Assembly: GCA_051362555.1 (NCBI GenBank)
Contig: CM120642.1
Location: forward strand, 7,750,001 to 7,814,000
Source of the DNA: Lingula anatina
Taxonomy: Eukaryota; Animalia; Brachiopoda
DNA length: 64,000 nucleotides
Direction of reading: 5' to 3'
Below, piece by piece: positions 1 through 19,829 of the stretch. The first letter of the stretch is position 1; every line of letters begins with the position of its first letter. Made by a program: the position numbers and the translations under genes. The notes below the pieces were generated by a model. It saw only the letters and a list, made by a program, of their open reading frames with translations, did not search any database and was not told where the DNA came from.

Positions 1-184
<184 letters not shown>

Positions 185-205
185 CTAGTCATATTAAACA
201 CTGAC

Positions 206-1639
206 CTTTGACTGTATTTGATGTTGATGCCTTTGGGCCTCCCTTGGGTATTCTGGCTCTCTTTTTCATTGGTTCATCTACATGTTAAGACAGCAAACAA
301 AGAACTTTGTATAACGTAATATGTATCTGTTTGTGCTGCAGAACTGAATTTGTCTTATGGCTTTATAGTCCATTATCTTGAATGTTATAATTCTTTGTGT
401 ACCCTTTATGCATTTCAAAAAATTCAATAATATATGTCAGTTTTATTTCAAATTCTTGCTCAGGTTAAAAATACCTAAAATGAATAAATAACAGTACAAT
501 AAAATCACCTTTTTTAAGTTCCCACAATAGTAACAACACCTACCTTCATCATCTATGTTGTTCGATGCTGAAGAATTTCCAAGGACCATATTAAGCACTG
601 AGCTGATACGCCGTTCTTCCTTATCTGGCAGCCGATAGACCTCTCGTGACACGTACTCCAGCTTGACTCGGCACACTATACACTCTAGATCCACTGTGTC
701 CATATAGTCCAGCTTATAGACATTGCCCGTTCCATGTGTGCTCAGCCACAGTACCTTGATGGGTTTGGTGAAATTGTGAAAGACATGCTGCAGTGCTTGG
801 CAAAGGTAAAAACTACCTGTTTGTAAAAAAGAAATAAGTGTAAACATGGGAAAATTTGTACCAACACCCAAGATCATTAAATGTTAAATGATTCCTATTT
901 TTGCTATGGGCCAGTAGATTCTTAGACCATTTGTCAGCAGGTTACAAAGTTCTTGAAACAGACTGCGATGTCAATTATAAAGGGACATATATACTAAAAC
1001 TGAAGTTTTTAGTTTTACCTTCCTCATTTCTCACTGCAAAGAATGAGCCTTTCTTGTACAGCAGCACCTCCTGGCTGCCACTGTTGGCTGGCCTCTTCGC
1101 GGGGGTTCTGGGAACTTCCTCAGCAAACTGGAACGGCTCATGTTTTACTTTCACTCTCTTGCTGCTGCGTGGGGTCTCTGGAGCTGCAGGTCGCTTAGGA
1201 CTCTTTGAAATAATAATATTAATGATTATTTTAATTAACAGTTATATTAATTTTGAGATACATTGTGTTATGTAGTTTCAGTTTTAACATTTAACATTTT
1301 CAGTTTTCATCCTTTTTTTTAAAATGACAGATGAAAAGTTAATAAATGAAGGCATGAAAAAACACAATCATTTTTGTTACACCCAGCAACTTAAAATTGA
1401 TCCTTTTTTTTAGAATAGTCTTTTCCCTTTGTTCAAAATTTACAACTCTGACTGAAGGACCAAAGTTCATAATCTCCAATTCTAATATGAATATCAATAT
1501 TGATCTGATAGATAAGAATGAGATTCATTTATAACAAAATATGATGCAGGTTATTTTACAATTCACTTGAATGCATTTTCATGCGGTTCTTATATATTAT
1601 GGGTAAATTTACCTTCAACTGTTGGTCCTTTGTCTTCAT
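206..1639 (-). CDS. 5' part of a multi-exon gene of unknown function (basic, S/TP-rich N-terminus followed by a compact beta-rich domain); continues beyond the left edge
   Basis: Exons 1639-1613, 1202-1019, 816-544 and 277-206 have AG/GT boundaries with compatible phases (0,1,1,1). Spliced frame: MKTKDQQLK/SPKRPAAPETPRSSKRVKV...LLYKKGSFFAVRNEEG/SFYLCQALQHVF...YKLDYMDTVDLECIV...DDE/DEPMKKRARIPKGG. An in-frame TAA upstream in the same exon supports ATG 1639 as the start. Confidence 0.75.
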
Positions 1640-3657
1640 GTTATAATTCTGTTACAATTGCTACAAATAAAATATAGTGAAAAAAATTATGTGAAAAGCA
1701 AAACATACATGTACTAGTAAAAAAAACTGATAAATCAGATGATCAGTTAGGTGTCAATATTTGCAAATGTCATAGGAAATATATTTACAAAGAGGTTTCT
1801 TTAACCACTGACTAGTATACATTAAATGGATCTGATTCAACAGTTTTGCTTGTAAATATTCATTTTATAGGGGTGGACATAAGCCGTCGTCTGGGTCTGC
1901 CGGAAGACGGTCAGATTTTTTTTAGTTCACATTGATGGGCATTAATTTTTTTCTGTCAGGATACATTCCAAAATGGAGGATGCTTCAACAAAGATAATTT
2001 GGAAGACTGTCAGGAAATATCTCTGGATCTGCTCCTGTTTTGTCCATTTCTGCAGCATTAAATTCTTGGCCAAATATCAGGAAAAATTCTTAATATTTAA
2101 AAAAAACTATAACAGAATATTGTCAAGGTTTCTATGGGTGTTATCCTTTGACATCTATTCAAATATTACCCTACATTCATACTTCTTGACTCAATTAGTA
2201 AGAATTATTCTTTCCACTTAAATTTTGTTAGTCAGGGTCTAAAAAGATCATTGCAAATTGTACTTCAAGCCTGGGCCAGTTTTACAAAGACTTTAGGCAA
2301 AAAATAAGTGTAGCAATATCTTTTAAAGGATTGACATGGAATATGGCCATGGTTTCTTGTTATAAAACAGGCACAATGCTGCAGTTTTATCTAATTGGAT
2401 TATTACTGATTTATCTGACATCAAAGTAAACAAACATATTGGTCTAAAATCAAGGCCTAACAGTTCTTATGTGAGACAGCCCCATCAGGAAAAGCTAGTA
2501 AGCTTTATTTGTACAATATCTTTTAAATCACCTTTATTATGCAAAGATCTCTAACACAAATCTACAGTGTGTTATGGTAAATGATGGGCAATTCATACAC
2601 ACAGAAACAAAGCAGGCTTTGAACTGGTTTAAAAGATGCCACTCAAACCAGATAGTCAACACCCCAGCAGAAGACCACCTAACAAAATAGAAACTCAATG
2701 AGACAGTGGACTGAAGTTGGGCTTGCAACCAACTAACCACCGCGATAGCCTATCTTGAAACATTTCAGGAATCCTTTGATTTTTTCACTATTTGAACACA
2801 CCACATCTTTGTTTAGTACGTACCAGCAGGATCTATCTACTAGGAATTGCAAATCATTACTTTGCAAATGAGGCTGAAATGTATCAGTGATGCTTTAATT
2901 AACTTCACTTTTGGCCTTTAAATAGTTAGTATGTCATAATTCCTTTCTTTCTTTCTTTTTTTTTGAAAAAAAAAAATAATAATAATAATGCAACCTGCTG
3001 CCTTAGACAGTTGATTGAAATATGAAACCCAGCGCTTCATAAATTGATGATAACTTATGGCTGGTACCCAATGAAATTATCATTCTACATACATGTATAT
3101 CGATCCAACTCTCGCTGAATGCAATCAGATTAACAGACTGACACAACTTCTCTTGCTTCCAACTCGTGTATAATCACCACCTTTTGTGTATTCTTCTCAA
3201 TGCCAGTGACCCCAGAAGAAAAAAGATGTGTTTGTTTTTATGGTCACAACTTTGTGCAACCTCTGACATTTAACTGAAAAACTAAAACCCAAGGCTTCCT
3301 AAATTCCTGATATTTTAAATTCCAGTGACCCCAAGCTGCCTAGCTATCTGATGTGCCATGATAACACTAGTACACTGAATGAAATCACGGGATACATACC
3401 ATAGGAAATAATAATACTTTATCTAGTATACTTGAGTAAAGTAAACAGAGGAGGATACAGTGGAGGCCACGTGTCCACCTAAGTGCTTATTATATAATAA
3501 TTTAAACTAATCGTTTAAAGAGCATAATTAAATAAAGAATTATGTCAATTAATTCTTATATATATATATTTTAATTATCATTATAATAATTATTATCATT
3601 ACTGCCTTTGTTTATATTTGTTTTGTGATATGATTTTTTAATTTACTAAAAATCAAT

Positions 3658-3698
<41 letters not shown>

Positions 3699-4240
3699 AG
3701 GGGCCAATGCAAGCTGTGAAAGAAAAGAAAGTAAAAAAAAAATAAGTAAAGAACTCAAAGTTTAAAGGTACGTACAGCTCTAAAGGGATGGTCAACAATA
3801 TTTTCAGGTTGATATTGATATATGGCAGGCTTCATCAAAAACTGCTGCTTAGTACCACAAGTGTTTTAAAAGAGTTATCATTTTTATTTCTTGTTATTAT
3901 TATTTTCTATAATTCTGGCTACTAACACTATTCCCAATGCAAACCTGCATGGTTGTTGCTTTAATGTTATCACAACCAATGTTCAAGCCTTTCATTCGCT
4001 AATTTTTGTTCAAGACAAAGAAGAAGTAAACCAACACCCCATGTAGATAGGGAGGTGTATTTTCGATAGATTTAGACTATAACGTATGAATATGAGCCCC
4101 AGTAATAGCCTCGAGTATGTTATTGTTAACGTAACTCCTCAGCCAGAGCCGGTCGGCATTAGTCTTATCACAAACATCTCTTCTTTTACCAGCGATCTAC
4201 TTCTTTGGATATTGCTAGCTAATAGCGATCAACTACCTAC

Positions 4241-4440
4241 CTCTGTCGCAGCAAGTCTTGTGCTTTAGGATCGTGAAATACGACGATATTTATATCAAAA
4301 GTCATACGCAAGCACTGACTTGCCGGTGCCTGCTGTAAACATCGTGCGTCAGACACCGTACCACGTGACACCATGGCAAACACACTTCCGGGTTAGAAGT
4401 CGAATGCGCTCGGATATTACTCGGCCGTTTTCGCTCGAGT
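4241..4440 (-). promoter_or_regulatory. CpG-rich housekeeping-type promoter and probable non-coding first exon of the left-hand gene
   Basis: Local CpG enrichment; ETS motif ACTTCCGG 4384-4391; E-box CACGTG 4362-4367; minus-strand donor GAG|GTAGGT at 4241/4240. Confidence 0.5.
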
Positions 4441-5192
4441 TGAAAGAACTAATCGATATCTACGTTTTATGTTGATGATAAAAAGGAATGGAGTTGAAGA
4501 ACAAATGCTCTACTACAGCATCCAAGTTAAGGTCTTCAACTTGGTTTATTATGCGTTTTAGGCCTGTGTATTTTTGTTTTTATTTTAATTTATCTCTCTG
4601 CCCATATTTTAAAACTAGGCCTACTGCAATTTTGATTAAAAATAAGGTTCCTTAAAATTTAGAAAAAAATGAAATAAAAATAATTATTATTATGACGATA
4701 ATAAAAGCAAATAATCCAATTTATCAAGTAATACAGGCAGGCACCTGAAAAAAGACAAATTTTTTTGAAGATGTAGGGCCTATTATTCGAGGCCCCCTAC
4801 TATTCGCCCAATGGCGGCATGCCCATGCCAACCAAATGCCAACTGGGATGTAGCTTTTGAGCTAAAAAGTCTAATAATTTTTTTAAACTTCCAGATGAAG
4901 TAAAGGTGTCTCTTTGCTTAGACCTAGGTAAGCCTACGTTCCCAATTTACAACAGTTCTCTTATTGATAACTCATTCATTTATTGTTATTCGAAGTCCCG
5001 GTGTAACGTGACAGAGTTACCTCCATGATATAGACTCCGCTTCCCATTCAGTTGTACAGGTAAGCCTCGCCCTAAATTTTAACCCACTTAGGTCAGGCTA
5101 ACCCTAGCCATTACAACTGAATGGTGGACGGTCTATTGAACCTTCCTGTCTGTTATATTACATGGAGCTCAGTTTCGTCACACCGGCACATT

Positions 5193-5597
5193 CAGGGCCG
5201 TAGCCTGAGAAAAATGCCGGGGGGGGGGGGGGGGGGGGGGGCAGTAAGCGGACATGAGGGGGCAAAGCCCCCGAGGGGGGAGGGGGTGTCCCCCTCCCAC
5301 GGTGTGGAAAATTTAAAAAAACTGTATGTATAATACTGGATTCTGGTGCATTTTAACTGTTATTTATTGCTCAGTCAGAAGTCCGAAATTGTGGGTTCAT
5401 TTTGCCATAAGTACAGTCATTTTTTCAACAAACACGCCAATTAAACTTCATTTCGTAAATTTTTTTGGAATATTTTTTTTTACCTTTGCGATAATTATTA
5501 TTATTATTTTTTTTTTTTTTGCAACTCAAATCCCAGGGGGGGGCAGCTGCCCCCAACCCCCTGCCCCCCCCCCCCCCCCCCGGAGGCTACGGCCCTG
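5193..5597. mobile_element. Non-autonomous DNA transposon (MITE) with 14-bp TIRs and a 5-bp TSD (hAT5-like)
   Basis: TIRs CAGGGCCGTAGCCT (5193-5206) and AGGCTACGGCCCTG (5584-5597); ACATT duplicated at 5188-5192 and 5598-5602; related inverted copy at 50542-51029. Confidence 0.85.
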
Positions 5598-8500
5598 ACA
5601 TTCAATATAGATCAATAATATTACATTTATATGTTTGTTGATTCTGATGACGAGTCAGTCAAATAAATAAATAAATAATACCAAAGGCTTAATAAAAAAG
5701 TGTCGTGGGATCGGTGTCGCTTTGTCCTTTATTGCAAAGAGAAAAAATGTGGTAGATGAGACGCTGCGGAGGTGTGATTGCTTCGCACACAACATTTCTA
5801 AGGTCTATCACGTATGATCAAGGATGTGGCGGGCAAACAAAACTATAAATAATGAAAAATAAAAGGCACCGCCATACTCCAACTCAAACAACACGCATGC
5901 TGTATCAAATTATACAATTGAAACGGGAAAAAAGTCACAAGCGAAGATGCTGGCGTGGAGTGAGGGTGTGATTCGTGATCTGAGGAAGAAAAAGATGAGT
6001 TTTCATGGCCGGCATAAGTCCATCTGTGAACAACGCATCATTAAACCATCTTTTTATTCGTAATCATATACTGAAAGTTAGCCCCTATATTACTCCTACG
6101 TTCAGCCAATGTTTGGCTTCATAAAATACAAACTCGGCCCAACAGGTAAATTCCATACAGACATTTAAACGAAACTTCCGTTAAAGTCAACATTAAAAAA
6201 AAAAAAAAAAAAAAACGTCAAGGTTTGTTTTAGGTATAACAGCAGCACTTTAACGTGGAGAAATGTGCGTGCTACCTCCTTGTCTTCTTCTGGCTCACCA
6301 AGACTTAATGTATAAAAAAATTGAGCTTTAATGAGACAAGAGCACATCAGCAAACAGGAAAGTTTACCTGAATGATATATGCCTCCTACTACAAGTCCGT
6401 TTACCAAAAGTAAATAAACGTTTAACGACAAATATCGTGTTTGCGACCTCGATCCCTATTTTCTATGCATTCTAGGGGGAAAAAGGGAAAAAAATAGAGG
6501 AAAAGAGTTAATAAATCTCAGTCAAACATACTGGTTTAATAATGCTAACTTTGCTGAGGATAAAACTTAAGACTTCCTGTTTGTCGAGAAAAATAAATAT
6601 ATAATGCATAAAGTGGTTTTTATGACAATAATAGTTAAAGAGATTTCGAGGACATAAGAACAGACAAGAATTTTTTAAGACTAGAAAAGAAGAGATATTG
6701 AAAGCCGACGCGGTTACTTTATAAATACCCCCCTCTTCACACAGAGAAACAGAAGATTCGTCATTTTGTGAACTTGTAGCAATCACCGGATATGCTTTCT
6801 GTATAATCTTTTCTTTCTTTTCTTTGATTCTGTTTATTTATTCCTTAAGGGGGGAACAGGTGGACTGATCAGCGACAGATGCAAGTGAATTTTGAAAAGA
6901 GCCGGGGTCTGGGTTCGGAGAGGTTGGTCCGACACGCGTGGGTTGCTTCTAAAAAAAGAAATTGCCCCAATTTTTTTCTAGAATTTTATTGTTAAATAAC
7001 TTTAAAAACTACGCAATTGGCAATGATATTTTTCTTTGTCTGTAGCAAAGATAAGAGGTGTTACCATGCATTATTTGCCTTTTTACGCCTCAAAAATAAG
7101 CTTTGATGTTATCACGCGCACTTGATTCGATTATCCACTGGCTTGTTAATTGTTATCAGTGGTGCACGCACCGTGTAATTGCTTTTGATTTAATCAAATA
7201 TTCAGGCCTGTTGCAATGTTACCCATTCGTGAATAGCCTCTTGCAGTACTGAGCCCGGAGTTTAGACCATAGAATTATGAAATGAAAAATACATAATCAT
7301 GATGTAATGAAAATTATTGCTTTTGTGTAAAGAAAAAGTAATATCGTGATCACCTGGACCGTTTGTTATCACCTTTAATCTACAAAATCAGCATCTTTCG
7401 AAGAGACAAATACCGTGTTATTAATAGAGTTAATAAAATAATAATGAAGAATTATCGAGGAGGTAAGAGAGAACTTATTTGAAAAAAGTATTTTTTGTGA
7501 AAAACTCATAAGTTCATAAAGCAAACTAGATTTTAAAAATTTTGTCTGCGGACACATCGTGTCAGTCTGTCACGCACCCAGTCACCTCAATGAGGTAGTG
7601 GGGCTGCATCTTTTCACACAATGGGTCAAAATTTCACATTGAGTCAACAGCAAATGTTGCCTTCCTAGAACACAAAAGATGAAAAACCTTTCCTTGCAGT
7701 AACTGGGTGACTTCAAAACTTCTCAATTTCACATATGCAAGGAGCACAAAAAAGTATGAATGACACGAAAAGTAAATCTAACAAAACAGTGTTTTGTGGA
7801 AAAAATGCATTAAGGAGAAAATATTGCGATCTTATGCCCCCCATGTGACGAAGAGGTTAATTAAATTAGATGAAAATATCGATAGCTGGATCAAACTCAA
7901 TTTCGTGGAGTGTTTTGCGGCAATAATTAGCCATTGTGTCTTCCAATATCGTCAACCCTTGCGCGTCTGGTTCCTTTTTGTAATTATGCAATAATTTGAG
8001 CTTAAAAATTATCCACGCTTAACAATAACCGGTGTCTACAATTAATGACATATAATCTGAAAATCCTATTTCAAAATTATTTACGGCCACCTCATATCAA
8101 TCAAATACATCTAGAATAATCATGATGCTATAGCATACCATATCATAAAGAATTGTACACATTGATATAGTCTAACAGATATTGTTACTTAAATTTTCAT
8201 CCATGAATCAGATAAGGCTCATCCCACCCCGTCACCCTAGAATACCGCTTATTAAGACAGTCCAGATATTTTGATTAACATGACATGGAATTTGTAAAGC
8301 ACAGACAGTAAAAGTGACCAGCCACAACAGTTATGAATTTCTGGAATCTCAATGACAATATTTATATTGTATGTCTCTTTGTCCGGAGGGCTGTCCATCC
8401 AGGATTCATTTCATCCATCAGTACCTTTTTATACAGAGCGGTGGGGTTTATCTCTTTGATCTATTGTTCAGGAGAGATAACAGGGCCAGGCATATACATA

Positions 8501-11500
8501 TATGCCCACTGCTTGAAAGGCCCGTAAAAGCAAAATCTATCATCAAATTATTTTCTGATGACGGATTCTCGATGGACTTTCGCTATCTTTTAAGTCACAA
8601 TTATTCCCAATATTGAATTCAGTTGAGTGGGCAGTCAGTAATTACAAGAGACCATCTATGTACTGTTGACTTTTCACAATGCACCACCTTATCGTGCGTA
8701 TATTCAAATTTCTGGGCGGACCGCTCTCAAATTTTATGATACAATCGTACACAAGATTGAATCTTATTGTGGTTGTTTGTGATAATTACAAATCGGATCG
8801 ACCATTTACTGTTGGATTTTATAATTTTCCTGGCTACCATTTCCTTAAAATTGCCCCCACCAGAAATTTATCATGTCTTTATTATTACAACTCCGATACG
8901 TATACGTATTGCGGGCCTCCCCCACCACAGCTGCTAATGAGACCAACTACTTATATGTTGGATTTCAACGTTTTCCCGCCCCTAATTTCATAACGAAAAT
9001 TTCTTGTCAGAGATTTATCACATTTTATGCTGCAATCATCATAATATGCACAGTTCTGTAATTGCTAATGAGACCAACGTTTCCCTTTTTATAATTCACA
9101 ATTCCCCATTCGATCTATTCATAATATATTATATCTGGCAATCCTAAGGCTAGTTTCGCTTCACGTTTTCATGGCACAATCATAATAATACGGATTCTTA
9201 TTGTAAAGTCCACTGATAATTACAAACGAGACAAACTTTCCCATCCCGCTCCTCCGTGGGAATCTCCTATTTCCAATTTAACTGTATTTCTCCTAATTTC
9301 TAATTGGATTTCTATAAAGCACCTTATCATTTGTTGGAATCGGCTGTTAAGGGTGCGTGGAGCGCCGGAAAAGATAAAAGAAGTCTCTTAATTTCACGAG
9401 TAATTTCAGCAAGTTTTCTTTATTGTGTACAGATGGACGGTAATTGATGCTGATACCTGTCCTCCGTTGAATGCCTCCCTCCAATCAAGGGGAGACATCA
9501 TACGCCACTGCGCTTTGTCCGCGCGGCCGTGTCTCTTACATACTTTTGTGTCAGGTAGCCGTGTTTGAATTCCAATTCATTAAGGTGAGAACTGATGGTC
9601 CACACAGATCAAGGTTTACTTGATTAATTCCATTTTGACGGCCTACTAATCAGGGTGCATCCGTGGGTCTGCTATAGGAATCACAGCCATGTGACTGAAG
9701 GCGGCCTTGGGGTGTGGAAGAATTGGGCGTTACTGTTAACTACTAGCTTTTAAGAAAGAACTTCCGTTGACTTTATTTCGGATGTGGAAATCCTTGATGG
9801 GAATATCTTTCAAGTTAATGAAAATAATAACACCTTTTAAGTAATGTTTTTGTGACAACGTCCGCTATAAGAATAATCCGTAACACAGTATACAGTTATG
9901 AACTAGATTCCTTACTAATTCATATACTATAACGGACAGTGACTGCATTTGAAGGAGAGTGCAAGTGCAGTGAAATTTTCCTTAATAAATGTAAACCGAA
10001 AGCAAACGGTTTTGTTTCTATAAAATTTTCTATTCCAAAAGAGAGAGAGAGGGAGATGCAAATAGATAGAGAGAGTGATTTGAGAAAAAAAAAAGAAACC
10101 GTTAACGTGTGCCCGAATTTCTGCGTAGCAATCAAGCCGCAAGGCGAGAAAAAGACAAATTATATCCATAATTCCCATCGGTTAACTATTACTAAAATCC
10201 GTTAATCTTTTGAAGTGAAATTGGATTTCAAAAATAAAAAAAGTAAATTACATATGTGGGTAAGCATTGTTATGATTCTTTGGCGTTTTAATTTTTTGAT
10301 TTTTTTAACACAGAAGCTATACAACTCCGGCAATGGGAATTAAATATTTTACGTACGGTTGGATGAAATTTGAAACTGAAATCTCCCCCATGCAATGACT
10401 TTATTCATCAAGCTTTATTCTTTATATGCTGTCAGTCACATGCAGGCCAGTGTTTGTGCTACAGGGCTCTCTCCCCCCCCCTCTCATTTTTAAACACGAC
10501 GCTACGTCCTAAATATCACTTTTCAGGCCAGACCATTATGCTTAAAATGCTATTGGAGAATCGAATTAACTTATTACACTGCAATATTTGGCGATAGCGT
10601 ACTACTTATTTAACAGGTTTTTCTTTAGGCCTGGCTGCGGGTTTTCCTTGTTTCGCTATCTCTGTATTTCTGTTTTTCAATCTTTGTGGTAGAGTTACAT
10701 TTATAAAGAAGCCCACGCGAATTTATCGAAATGAAACATCAATTTTTCAACAGTGGCGTCTTGTTTACAAGTTTACCCGTATAATAACACAGACGAGATT
10801 CAAAGCAATACTAGTGTCAGCGTTTCGTAAAACACGTGATTATAATGACAAATGTGAAATGCGGTTAAAATAAAATCTAATTACTAATACGAAACTCCCT
10901 TAAATTGAAATAGGAATATATCGGTTTCAACTTACTTTGTTCCTTTTGGTTTGTATAAAAAGACCATTAGTCAATGCAAATACTGGACCCATCATGCATT
11001 TAAGATCCTTTTTCAGCTTTGGTCAACCATTTATTTCGACTTGTTTTAAACAATATTTCTTCCCTTAATAAGTGGCTTAAAGTATATTCAATTATTACAA
11101 TTTTGTAGCAGAATAAATTCCAAGCCACGAATTTATTTAAGATCATCGAGAATTTATCTTTTCGTGTAGCGACAGTTAAATTTTCGCATTTCAAACTCAA
11201 TATGCATACGTGTTTAAGACCTCTCTTCAATCATTTGGGCTGTGGAGGGGCAAAGGATAAATTCATACCTCGGATTTACACTACGCTTAAATTAAGACAT
11301 TTAAGAAAAGGTTGTCATTGCCTATTTTCTAAAAGGAAATATTGTGCCTTTGAGATATGAGTACAGACTACCTAAAATGCAAATACAATTGAAACAAGCC
11401 CCAACACATATCATGGAATGTCTTTTTCAAATTGTTTAATAGACCAAAATTTTTATCGAATCTTTATGAGAGAAAAGTAAATATCTTTATGAGACAGAAA

Positions 11501-12484
11501 TTATTTACAACTCGAGAAAGAAAAATCGAAAGAGGTAGATTTTCCCGATAATTTTCATTTTCAATTTTATCAATGAAATTTGAACTGGGTGCAAAATAGA
11601 AATGAAAAGGTAATAAAAATCAAAATTTTTTTCAGTCTGAACCTAGCTTGCAAACTTATTATTACATCATTCGTGAACACCAAAACGTCTGTAGATAGCT
11701 TGAAAATCTACGTGGAATTAAGTTTTGTTCAGTCCAGTCTAAACATTTGTCTGTCTATCGCCCGAACGTCTGTCTTTTTCAACCCACGTTGGATAATTTG
11801 CTGTTTGTACGTAAACAATTTTTAAATTTCTAAATGTCCAGAAGTCGTTCGTCGACCGATAACATTCGTTAATGCCTGACAGCTGTGTTATCATATCACC
11901 ACTCGCTTTCAAAAGTTATCAAAAACCAAGATTTTTCACAGATAACGAGCGTGTTGTGAAAACTCATCACACGTTGGGTCTTGTTTTCTTTTCCAACAGG
12001 TAAATTTCACGATACAACTGATCACTGGGGTCCGACAGATAATTAGGCACGTCTGCCCCTCTAGTTAGCCAGTCGCACAGACACACCGCCAGTGTAAGTT
12101 CTTAAACACAGGTATCAATAGATTGTTCGCTAATTGCACGCTTGACCATGGTCAGTCGGGCTGAATTACTGGGGACACTGACCACGAACATCGGACTTGC
12201 ACGTGTGAATGAAACAGATATGATCAAAGTGTCCCGCGCAAACCGCGCATGCGTCACACTTACCTGAGACATCGTTAACAAAGACAATAGTTACGGCCGG
12301 GGGAGCAACAGTAAATTATATTTCGCTATCAGCTGGCGATCGGAGCGTGACGAAAGTTCGGCGACGACGGCACGCGGGTGAATCCCCCCGCCCATTGTTG
12401 ACTCCCACTAACTGCCCCTATTCACAAGTAGCAGACGTATGTGTTTGGTCGTGTCAGGTGACCGTGGTCTAGGGGGCTAGGGAA

Positions 12485-12732
12485 GACGGTACATAAAACG
12501 GTAGCGACTACCACAGGTGTCTTCAGTCGTAAACTGGAAGCGAGAGCGAAAGGAATATTAACAGTCTCTCTTCTCCTTAACATACTTATCCAACGGTGAC
12601 AACGGTCCAAGTGTCAGTTGCTAGCGCAAAGCCACAACAAGCAGAGGGGAATTTCACCTCACGTTGACGTTGATAGTCGGAGCGTTTTTAAAGGCGAAAA
12701 ACAGTGACAGTATTCTAACAGTAGCAGTAACC
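12485..12732 (+). promoter_or_regulatory. Core promoter and 5'UTR of ovo-A
   Basis: TATA-like CATAAAA 12492-12498 with an Inr-like TCAGTC 12523-12528 about 30 bp downstream; cluster of AACNGT motifs. Confidence 0.5.

Positions 12733-19829
<7,097 letters not shown>

Noticed and set aside
901-1275. 124-aa plus-strand ORF
   Set aside because: Antisense shadow of the real minus-strand exon 1202-1019.
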